Assembly: GCA_963648005.1 (NCBI GenBank)
Contig: CAVJCD010000002.1
Span: 1 to 40,635, forward strand
DNA from: Tannerellaceae bacterium
GTDB lineage: Bacteria > Bacteroidota > Bacteroidia > Bacteroidales > Tannerellaceae
DNA length: 40,635 nucleotides
Direction: 5' to 3'
In this document: positions 10,235-17,636 of the stretch, piece after piece
How positions within the stretch are numbered: the stretch's first letter is position 1
Layout: every line of letters begins with the position of its first letter
Notes under the pieces: model-generated
Database searches by the model: none
Told to the model about the DNA's origin: nothing
Seen by the model: only the letters and a program-made list of their open reading frames with translations
Program-made: the position numbers and the translations under genes

Positions 10235-10663
10235 TTACTTAATCTCAATATTCCTCTGCAACTTGGCAGCCTCTACCGGAGCCTTCTTAGGGATGTCTAC
10301 TGTCAACACTCCGTGCTCCACCTTGGCGCTGATATGTTCCTTCTCTACATCGTCAGGCAATATCAATGTCTGCTGGAACTTAGAGTAAGAAAACTCGCGA
10401 CGTAGGTAGCGACCGTCTTTTTTCTCGTCCTTCTTGTCGTCTTTCTTCTCCATTGAAATGACCAGGCAATTGTCTTCGTCAATGCGAACGTTGAAATCGT
10501 CTTTAGTCATGCCCGGAGCGGCTAACTCTATCTTATAGTCTTTCTCGCTTTCAATTACATTGATGGCAGGAGCCGTAGAATTAGCTTTTTCCATCCATTC
10601 GTTATCGAAGAAATCATTGAAGACACTCGGTAACCAATTCTGACTTTTTCTCATCGGCATCAT
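10235..10663 (-). CDS. Small heat-shock protein, Hsp20/alpha-crystallin
   Basis: PAINVIE, LAAPG, RREFSYSKF, HGVLTV and C-terminal IEI motif. Confidence 0.95.
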   Translation of the reverse strand: MMPMRKSQNWLPSVFNDFFDNEWMEKANSTAPAINVIESEKDYKIELAAPGMTKDDFNVRIDEDNCLVISMEKKDDKKDEKKDGRYLRREFSYSKFQQTLILPDDVEKEHISAKVEHGVLTVDIPKKAPVEAAKLQRNIEIK

Positions 10664-10762
10664 AATTAAAATCTCCTATTTTAAGTTTTACATCAAATAA
10701 TCTTTTGATAATCTTTTGGACTTCGGGGTCTTTTTCTTGAACCCTTCGCTCGCCTATATACA

Positions 10763-10778
10763 TGCAAACGGTGTGCCA
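10763..10778 (-). promoter_or_regulatory. Sigma54 (-24/-12) promoter for hsp20
   Basis: The minus strand reads TGGCAC-ACCGT-TTGCA, an exact match to TGGCAC-N5-TTGCW, ~100 nt upstream of the ATG and in the right orientation. Confidence 0.75.
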
Positions 10779-10804
10779 GGGCGTGAAGCGTGGTTTTGGT
10801 GTCT

Positions 10805-10848
10805 TTTTGTCACAAATATGAGTCTTATCAGCCGTTTTTGTGACAAAA
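10805..10848. promoter_or_regulatory. 12-bp perfect inverted repeat, candidate operator/enhancer between hsp20 and pyrH
   Basis: TTTTGTCACAAA (10805-10816), N20, TTTGTGACAAAA (10837-10848). Confidence 0.5.
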
Positions 10849-10885
10849 TGTTTCCGTTTCATTTTATTCTGCATCCCACTTACAC

Positions 10886-10893
10886 TACCTTTG
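10886..10893 (+). promoter_or_regulatory. Bacteroidetes -7 promoter element for pyrH
   Basis: TACCTTTG matches TAnnTTTG. Confidence 0.6.
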
Positions 10894-10931
10894 TCCTCAC
10901 TTAAACAACAGAAACTAAAACAGAACAAGAA

Positions 10932-11642
10932 ATGGTGAAATACAAACGCATCCTTCTTAAGCTTAGTGGAGAATCACTGATGGGAGGAAAACAATACGGC
11001 ATCGACGAGACTCGTTTGAACGAATACGCCATGCAGATTAAGGAAATAGCCGAGATGGGCGTGCAGATTGGGATTGTGATTGGCGGAGGCAACATTTTCC
11101 GAGGTCTTAGCGGAGCGTCTAAGGGCTTCGATAGGGTGAAGGGCGACCAGATGGGGATGTTGGCAACGGTGATAAACAGCTTGGCGCTGAGTTCTGCCCT
11201 TGCTACCAATAATGTGAAGGCAAAAGTGCTGACGGCAATACGCATGGAGCCCATTGGCGAGTTCTATAATAAGTGGCGCGCCATTGAATTCATGGAGCAG
11301 GGCTACGTTGTGATTATGTCAGGCGGCACAGGTAATCCCTTCTTTACCACCGATACCGGCTCATCCTTGCGGGGTATCGAGATTGAGGCTGACGTGATGC
11401 TTAAAGGTACCCGTGTGGATGGTATCTATACTGCCGACCCGGAGAAAGACCCCACGGCAACCAAGTTCACGGATATCACATACGATGAAATATATGCACA
11501 CGGTTTGAAGGTGATGGACCTTACGGCAACCACCATGTGCAAGGAAAACAACCTCCCGATTATAGTGTTCGATATGGATACCAACGGCAATCTCAAGAAA
11601 GTTATAAACGGAGAGAACATCGGGACGTTGGTGCATAACTGA
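10932..11642 (+). CDS. pyrH: UMP kinase
   Basis: LLKLSGE, IGGGNIFRG, DQMGMLAT and GNPFFTTD motifs. Confidence 0.98.
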   Translation: MVKYKRILLKLSGESLMGGKQYGIDETRLNEYAMQIKEIAEMGVQIGIVIGGGNIFRGLSGASKGFDRVKGDQMGMLATVINSLALSSALATNNVKAKVLTAIRMEPIGEFYNKWRAIEFMEQGYVVIMSGGTGNPFFTTDTGSSLRGIEIEADVMLKGTRVDGIYTADPEKDPTATKFTDITYDEIYAHGLKVMDLTATTMCKENNLPIIVFDMDTNGNLKKVINGENIGTLVHN

Positions 11643-11745
11643 TGCCTTCACCCCGACTTGCAACCTATAACAAGCCGTTGGGATATGCTGCGACTTAAGG
11701 AAAAAATCATTTACTTTGCACGTTGATAAAAATTTAATTGCAACT

Positions 11746-13290
11746 ATGGCACAAGAAGATGTTTTCAAGAAATTAGTTTCGCATTGTAAAGAATATGGAT
11801 TTGTATTCCCTTCTTCGGAGATATACGACGGACTGGGGGCAGTGTACGATTATGGACAGTATGGTGTAGAACTGAAAAACAACCTGAAGAAATATTGGTG
11901 GGACAGCATGACCTTGCTTCACGAGAATGTGGTAGGCCTCGACTCCGCCATCTTTATGCACCCAACCATTTGGAAAGCATCCGGCCACGTAGACGCGTTC
12001 AACGACCCGTTGATTGACAACAAAGACTCCAAGAAACGCTACCGCGCCGATGTGCTGATAGAAGATTATATTGCCAAGATTGACGAGAAGATACAGAAGG
12101 AAGTGGACAAGGCAGCCAAGAAGTTTGGCGAGGCATTCAACGAAGAACAGTTTCGTGTCACCAACGCCCGCGTCTTGGAGCATCAAGCAAAGCGCAATGA
12201 GATACATGCCCGCTATACCAAGGCTTTGAACGATTCCAATTTCGAAGAGCTTCGTCAGATTATTATCGACTGCGAGATAGCTTGCCCCATCTCAGGCACA
12301 CGCAATTGGACGGAGGTTCGTCAGTTCAACCTGATGTTCTCCACTGAAATGGGCTCAACAGCCGATGGCACTTCCAAGATTTATCTTCGTCCGGAAACGG
12401 CTCAGGGTATATTTGTGAACTTTCTCAACGTTCAGAAGACGGGCCGCATGAAGATTCCTTTCGGTATAGCTCAGATTGGTAAAGCCTTCCGTAACGAGAT
12501 TGTTGCCCGTCAGTTTATCTTCCGTATGCGTGAATTCGAACAGATGGAGATGCAGTTCTTTGTTCGTCCGGGCGAAGAGATGGAATGGTTCAAGAAGTGG
12601 AAGGCAACGCGCTTGAAGTGGCACCAGGCAATGGGGTTGGGTAATGAGAAATATCGTTACCACGACCATGAGAAGTTGGCCCACTATGCCAATGCCGCTA
12701 CCGATATCGAATACGAAATGCCGTTTGGCTTCAAGGAAGTGGAGGGTATCCACAGTCGTACGGACTTCGACCTTAGTCAGCACGAGAAGTTCTCGGGCAA
12801 GAAGATTCAGTATTTCGACCCCGAGTTGAACAAGAGCTATACCCCGTATGTTATCGAGACCTCTATCGGTGTCGACCGTGTGTTCCTCAGTGTTATGGCT
12901 GGGTCTTATTGCGAGGAAACGCTTGAGAACGGAGAGACCCGTGTTGTGCTGAAGTTGCCTGCACCTTTGGCTCCTATCAAGCTTGCCGTATTGCCGTTGG
13001 TAAGAAAAGACGGACTTCCCGAGAAGGCAGAAGAGATAGTTGAGATGCTGAGGTTCGATTTCCGTTGCCAATACGACGAGAAGGATTCCATCGGTAAACG
13101 TTATCGTCGTCAGGATGCCATCGGAACGCCCTACTGTATAACCGTTGACCATGATACATTGGTAGACAACTGCGTTACTATCCGTTTCCGCGATACTATG
13201 GAGCAGGAGCGCGTAAGTATCGACAAGTTGCATGATATTATCTCCGAAAAGGTGAGCATGAAATCTTTATTAAAAAAAATAGCTGAGTAA
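11746..13290 (+). CDS. glyQS: Glycine--tRNA ligase, homodimeric alpha2 type
   Basis: YLRPETAQG, GKAFRNE, FRMREFEQME, and anticodon domain SIGKRYRRQD. ATG11746 preferred over the upstream TTG. Confidence 0.96.
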   Translation: MAQEDVFKKLVSHCKEYGFVFPSSEIYDGLGAVYDYGQYGVELKNNLKKYWWDSMTLLHENVVGLDSAIFMHPTIWKASGHVDAFNDPLIDNKDSKKRYRADVLIEDYIAKIDEKIQKEVDKAAKKFGEAFNEEQFRVTNARVLEHQAKRNEIHARYTKALNDSNFEELRQIIIDCEIACPISGTRNWTEVRQFNLMFSTEMGSTADGTSKIYLRPETAQGIFVNFLNVQKTGRMKIPFGIAQIGKAFRNEIVARQFIFRMREFEQMEMQFFVRPGEEMEWFKKWKATRLKWHQAMGLGNEKYRYHDHEKLAHYANAATDIEYEMPFGFKEVEGIHSRTDFDLSQHEKFSGKKIQYFDPELNKSYTPYVIETSIGVDRVFLSVMAGSYCEETLENGETRVVLKLPAPLAPIKLAVLPLVRKDGLPEKAEEIVEMLRFDFRCQYDEKDSIGKRYRRQDAIGTPYCITVDHDTLVDNCVTIRFRDTMEQERVSIDKLHDIISEKVSMKSLLKKIAE

Positions 13291-13863
13291 ATGAAGAAGT
13301 ACCTACAAATCGCGTTGATGATTTTTTTTGTGAGCGCCGTCTTTACCTCTTGTAAGGATGACGATGATGATGATGCAGCAGCGGTAGAAGCTTATAAGTT
13401 GGAAAACGAAAAAGCTTTTGCTGCCAAGGCAAACGACCCCGATTACTTTAAGGTGGTCGTGCAGGGTTCCGGAGACTATTTTGTTTATGCCAAGAAGCTC
13501 AAAGAAGGAGATGGAGACCCCATCTACTACACCAGTCATGTGAAGACTTATTACAGAGGATGGCTGGCAACCGAGACAAGAGACAATTACTTCGACAAAA
13601 AGGAGTTTGAGGACGGTGAGCCGTTGGAGTGTGCGCTGAGTACCTCATATGCCACTACCTCCTCCGGTACTACCACCGGGGTGACTGCCGTTATAACCGG
13701 TTGGGCCATTGCTCTCCAGCATATGAGAGTGGGGGATAAATGGGAAGTATGGATTCCTCAGCAGTTGGGCTATGGCACCACTGAGCAGGACGACATCCCT
13801 GCGTACTCCACATTGGTGTTCGAAATCGAAGTGGTGGAAAGGTCTGCCATCGTTGGAGGATAA
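13291..13863 (+). CDS. FKBP-type peptidyl-prolyl isomerase, lipoprotein
   Basis: Lipobox FTSC followed by KDDDDDD; FKBP motifs VITGW, MRVGDKWEVWIP...GYG, IPAYSTLVFEIE. Confidence 0.9.
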   Translation: MKKYLQIALMIFFVSAVFTSCKDDDDDDAAAVEAYKLENEKAFAAKANDPDYFKVVVQGSGDYFVYAKKLKEGDGDPIYYTSHVKTYYRGWLATETRDNYFDKKEFEDGEPLECALSTSYATTSSGTTTGVTAVITGWAIALQHMRVGDKWEVWIPQQLGYGTTEQDDIPAYSTLVFEIEVVERSAIVGG

Positions 13864-13893
13864 CAAGCTCCCGGGATATTATAGTCTGTAAAG

Positions 13894-13940
13894 AAAAACA
13901 AGAGGCTGCGCCAATTCTTTTGACGCAGCCTCTTGGCTTT
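13894..13940. terminator. Probably bidirectional terminator
   Basis: CAAGAGGCTGCG (13899-13910) / CGCAGCCTCTTG (13924-13935) form a perfect 12-bp stem between convergent genes. Confidence 0.75.
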
Positions 13941-13979
13941 ATATGGGAAGCCCTGACAACGGGAGGGGCTAATGCCATA

Positions 13980-14210
13980 TTATTCTTTGGTTTTGGGGGC
14001 CTTGTTCTTGGAGGCGATGAGGGTTTTGTATTCGCGGAAGATTTGGTTCACGGTGGCGATGAAGGTGTCCACGGTGTCGCTCGCCTGAGGCGCTGAAGCC
14101 TCAGGCGAGACCTTCATAATGCGCTCATACAGCTCCGTGTTCATACCCATGTGCGCAGCATTCGTCAACGCCACTCTTTTGATGCCTCCAATTTGCTTCG
14201 TCTCTTCCAT
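13980..14210 (-). pseudogene. 76-aa ORF resembling fused N- and C-termini of a DUF6261 (HagB-like) protein; probable internal-deletion remnant
   Basis: A-rich start context (ATAAAAACACGATT-ATG). The N-terminal LTNAAH...TE and C-terminal FIATVNQIFREYK...basic tail recall DUF6261 ends. Family call is by eye only. Confidence 0.5.
14080..14109. repeat. Perfect 12-bp GC-rich inverted repeat inside the 76-aa ORF
   Basis: CTCGCCTGAGGC-GCTGAA-GCCTCAGGCGAG. Confidence 0.9.
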
Positions 14211-14267
14211 AATCGTGTTTTTATAGAGTTAATGATATCAATTTATCTCCCCAAATCGTCTCCTATT

Positions 14268-14351
14268 ACTTCCTTCCATGGAAGGAAACATCCCCAAGGT
14301 GTCAGAAGCACTTCCTTCCATGGAAGGATTTATTCCGCAGGTGAATTTAGC
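14268..14351. repeat. Two 42-bp units, each beginning with an identical 19-bp repeat with a palindromic core
   Basis: ACTTCCTTCCATGGAAGGA at 14268-14286 and 14310-14328. The core TCCTTCCATGGAAGGA is a perfect palindrome. Confidence 0.9.
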
Positions 14352-14420
14352 GATTCATTTATACATTCCGATGGTCCTTGAGTGGGCAGTGGCGGCTTAT
14401 TGTCCTTCTTAAGACATCAA

Positions 14421-14972
14421 CTATTGGTAAAGGATTGCTCCGGCGATGCCAGCCAACACTATTGTCAGTATTGGATGGACTTTGAATTTCCAAGTAAGGA
14501 TGAAGGCGGCGCCGAAGAGAAGAAAACTCTTATAGTCGATGAAGTTTTCGTGGTTTACCAACAATAAAGCGGCGGCGGCTATCAGTCCGACCGTAGCAGG
14601 GCGTATGCCGGTGAAGGCCGCAACAACGTATTTGTTGTTCTTGAACTTGGCAAAGAAATAGGAGATAACCAACACGAGGATGAACGACGGCAGGCACACG
14701 GCAAAAGTTGTAAGGCATGAGCCCAGAACAGCCATGCATGGTTGGTAGCCGGCATTGTGGATGGCAGTATAGCCAATGTAGGTCGCGCTATTGATGCCTA
14801 TCGGTCCCGGCGTCATCTGCGAGATTGCCACGATGTCGGTAAACTCTTGCAGAGTAATCCATCCGTAATGGTCAACCACCTCGTCTTGTATCAGCGAGAG
14901 CATGGCGTAGCCGCCACCAAAACCGAAGATGCCAATCTTCAGATAAACGTAGAGTAACTGTAGCCAAATCAT
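14421..14972 (-). CDS. Short-chain chromate transporter (CHR family), subunit 2
   Basis: GFGGGYAML, SQMTPGP and GIRPA motifs. Confidence 0.93.
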   Translation of the reverse strand: MIWLQLLYVYLKIGIFGFGGGYAMLSLIQDEVVDHYGWITLQEFTDIVAISQMTPGPIGINSATYIGYTAIHNAGYQPCMAVLGSCLTTFAVCLPSFILVLVISYFFAKFKNNKYVVAAFTGIRPATVGLIAAAALLLVNHENFIDYKSFLLFGAAFILTWKFKVHPILTIVLAGIAGAILYQ

Positions 14973-14973
14973 A

Positions 14974-15510
14974 TCAGTTTCGTTTGAATTTCAAGCCATA
15001 CACCAATCCTCCGGCAATGGCTGCCAAGATAATCCATACGGGAGAAACGCCTCCCTTCCAGATGAGCAACGCAGCGACGATGGGTATCAGAAGAGTGACA
15101 CGGTTGAGTTTTACGGAACGAGCCGTGGTGATGCAAGGCACAGCTATCAGTGCCACAACAGCCGGACGTATCCCTTTGAATATTCTTTCTACCCATTCGT
15201 TGTCTTGCACCTGGATGAAGAACGTTGCTATTATCAGAATAATCACGAACGAAGGCAGGATTGTGCCCAAAGCGCAGACAAGACTTCCGATGCATTTCCT
15301 CAACTTATAGCCTACAAATATGGAGATGTTGACTGCGAAGATGCCCGGCAGCGATTGTGCGATGGCAAAGAGGTCGATAAAATCTTCTTTGGTCAACCAA
15401 CCGCGGTCCACCACCTCCCGCTCAATCAGCGGCAGCATGGCATATCCGCCGCCTATGGTGCCCATGCCTATTTTCAAGAAAGTAATAAAGAGTGTCCAAT
15501 ACATATTCAT
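14974..15510 (-). CDS. Short-chain chromate transporter (CHR family), subunit 1
   Basis: TIGGGYAML, AQSLPG and GIRPAVV motifs; tandem pair with the neighbouring gene. Confidence 0.93.
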   Translation of the reverse strand: MNMYWTLFITFLKIGMGTIGGGYAMLPLIEREVVDRGWLTKEDFIDLFAIAQSLPGIFAVNISIFVGYKLRKCIGSLVCALGTILPSFVIILIIATFFIQVQDNEWVERIFKGIRPAVVALIAVPCITTARSVKLNRVTLLIPIVAALLIWKGGVSPVWIILAAIAGGLVYGLKFKRN

Positions 15511-15514
15511 CTTT

Positions 15515-16783
15515 TTAGTTGAGCCATGGCAATGGGTTTAGTTTTGTCTTCTCTTTCCAGAGTTGGAAATGAAGGATTGTGGCATTGCCGTTTTCCGCGT
15601 CGGAGAATATCTTGCCTATGGTTTGGCAAGTATTGACCCTATCGCCCGCCTTAACATATACTTGACTGAGGTTGCTGTATACGGTGAGATAGTTGCCATG
15701 GCGGATTATGACAGAGTTGTTGTAGCCAGGGACAACGAACACACGCGTTACTTCGCCCTTGAACACTGCCCGTGCATCGGCTCCCGGCGTTGTCTGTATG
15801 TCGATACCGCTATTGTTGGTACGCACATATTTCAACTCCTGATGTTGCTGTTCTCCGAATGTGCCTACAATGGTATATCTCCCGGCAACGGGGTAGGGCA
15901 GGCGTCCGCGATTGTCGGCAAAGTCGTTGGATAGCTTCCTCTCCTCTTTGGTCATGGCATAGCCGCCTTTGGTGTCGGCAATACGCTCCTGACGTGTGGA
16001 CTTCTTGTCGGTAGTCTTTCCGCCGGTATCGGAGCTGCCTTTTGCTTCGGCTTCGGCGCGGGCAATCTCTTTGGCAATCTGTTCTTCTATCTGACGGTTC
16101 AGGGCATTTGCCTGTTGCTGCTTCTTGCGAAGCATCTCCTTCAGTTCCTTTTGCTTCTTGCCGAGCTGTTTTACCTCCGCCTTTTGGTTGCTTTCCTCGG
16201 TCTGCAGCTTTTGGCTTTCTTTCTCGCGGGTGTCGAGCAAAGCATTCTTCTCCGAGCGGGTCTTCTCGAGCTCTTTCTGCTTTTGCTTTATCTCGGTTTG
16301 CTTGTCGATGATTTCCGAAGCTTGTCGTTTCTGCCAGTCGGCATACTCCCGCAGGTAGCGCATGCGGCGCATCGACTGCGCAAAGTCGGAGGCCGAAAGG
16401 ATGAAGAGCAGTTTGTCTTGCGAGCCACGGTGCCTAAACAGGCTTTGTGCTGATTTGCCGTAATTGCCACGTTTGTTGTCCAACTCCTTCTCCAATCCCG
16501 CTATCTCCTGACGGGTAACGGCTATCTGGTTGTCTATCTCGCTCACCTCCTGGCTGAGCAGGCTTATTACTTTCTTTCTCGAGAGAATCTGCTGCGAAAG
16601 CAAATTGAGGCGACTGAGCGAATTGCGGGCTGTAAGGTCTGTTTCTTTCAATAATTGGCTGGCCGTCTCAATCTCTGCCAATGCCTTCCTACGCTGTTCC
16701 TCGAGCTGTCTCACCCGAGAGGATTTCTGTCCAAAGACGGCTAAGGAGACCAACATAAATATGACAAACCATGTATATCTCAT
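15515..16783 (-). CDS. envC: EnvC-like murein hydrolase activator (coiled coil plus degenerate M23 domain)
   Basis: Signal peptide, long coiled coil, and a LytM domain with lost Zn ligands (NNSGID in place of HxxxD; ILHFQ in place of HxH). Confidence 0.85.
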   Translation of the reverse strand: MRYTWFVIFMLVSLAVFGQKSSRVRQLEEQRRKALAEIETASQLLKETDLTARNSLSRLNLLSQQILSRKKVISLLSQEVSEIDNQIAVTRQEIAGLEKELDNKRGNYGKSAQSLFRHRGSQDKLLFILSASDFAQSMRRMRYLREYADWQKRQASEIIDKQTEIKQKQKELEKTRSEKNALLDTREKESQKLQTEESNQKAEVKQLGKKQKELKEMLRKKQQQANALNRQIEEQIAKEIARAEAEAKGSSDTGGKTTDKKSTRQERIADTKGGYAMTKEERKLSNDFADNRGRLPYPVAGRYTIVGTFGEQQHQELKYVRTNNSGIDIQTTPGADARAVFKGEVTRVFVVPGYNNSVIIRHGNYLTVYSNLSQVYVKAGDRVNTCQTIGKIFSDAENGNATILHFQLWKEKTKLNPLPWLN

Positions 16784-16784
16784 C

Positions 16785-17636
16785 TTATTTCATGCTATTG
16801 CTTATTGCTTTTAGAATCCGGGCAAAAGTGATACGTTGGTATTTGGTCGGAATGGAGAATTCGTAGGAGACAGGCACATCCGTTTGTATGCGGGAAAAAC
16901 GCAAAGAGATGCCGGCTTGCAAGGTATTGTTCGATACGAGGCTTATGTCCATCAACTGCGGAAACACCTGCTTGTCTATCACGCGGAAGTCTGTGTAATC
17001 GCATTGCAAGGCCGATTGCTTGGAGGTGTTGGAGACATGGGTGGAAAGCAATTTCTCTTCGCCGTCGGCAAAGAAGGTATAAAGCAATCCGAGCGAATCC
17101 TCAACATAAATCTCCGTCGTAGATGCTTCTTGGTTCAATTTGAACCGCCCAAACTGCTTCTTATCGATGGATTGCTCACCCGGCAAGAAGATACGATTGG
17201 TAAACATTGCCTGTAGATTATAGAAATTGAAATCAATCGGCGTCTCGTCTTTCATGCCGGCATAACTCTCAGCCACGTAGCACTTGTTCATGCGGTCGAT
17301 AACCTTTACGCTGTCCACAGTAAACTCGGCGCGAAACATCTCGATGCCCAAGAACGGCTGCACAGATAATAGGATAACGCTGTCCTTAACCATCTTTAGG
17401 TCCACACGAGAACTCACGTTGTTTTCCGCCATCTTCAGTTCAGCGTTCAATCGGGCAGTCATCGTGCCAAACCGAAATGCCCGCTCCTCCATCGATTCCA
17501 AGAACTCATTACGCGTCTTGAACTCTCCCTTAGCGGCTGTTGTCCCAACCTTCGTTGGTGACTTACATCCCGGCAGAAACAGAATCAAAAGACCTACTAT
17601 TGCCAGCAGCGCATGCGTCATTGACCGGTTTCTCAT
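16785..17636 (-). CDS. DUF4292 family lipoprotein (possibly LolB-like)
   Basis: Lipobox LPGC-KS, KDSVILLSV..FLGIE..R and VIDRMNK motifs, and position between TPR and envC. Confidence 0.75.
   Translation of the reverse strand: MRNRSMTHALLAIVGLLILFLPGCKSPTKVGTTAAKGEFKTRNEFLESMEERAFRFGTMTARLNAELKMAENNVSSRVDLKMVKDSVILLSVQPFLGIEMFRAEFTVDSVKVIDRMNKCYVAESYAGMKDETPIDFNFYNLQAMFTNRIFLPGEQSIDKKQFGRFKLNQEASTTEIYVEDSLGLLYTFFADGEEKLLSTHVSNTSKQSALQCDYTDFRVIDKQVFPQLMDISLVSNNTLQAGISLRFSRIQTDVPVSYEFSIPTKYQRITFARILKAISNSMK

Noticed and set aside
10614..10928. 104-aa and 62-aa ORFs in the hsp20-pyrH intergenic region
   Set aside because: They have non-ATG starts, overlap promoter elements and show no protein-like features.
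11711..11718. Promoter -7 element for glyQS (TTACTTTG)
   Set aside because: The position is plausible, but it does not match TAnnTTTG exactly, so it is not listed as a feature.
12355..13233. 292-aa antisense ORF over glyQS, and similar ones over porZ/yraN, folP, pta, the ligase and the Na/Pi transporter
   Set aside because: These are shadow ORFs of well-conserved genes with no recognisable motifs, explained by codon bias.
13357..13374. GAT/GAC run as a phase-variable repeat
   Set aside because: It is in frame and encodes the acidic tract after the lipobox, so slippage would not shift the frame.
14268..14351. CRISPR array
   Set aside because: Only two 19-bp repeats, 23-nt intervening segments that resemble each other, and no cas genes.
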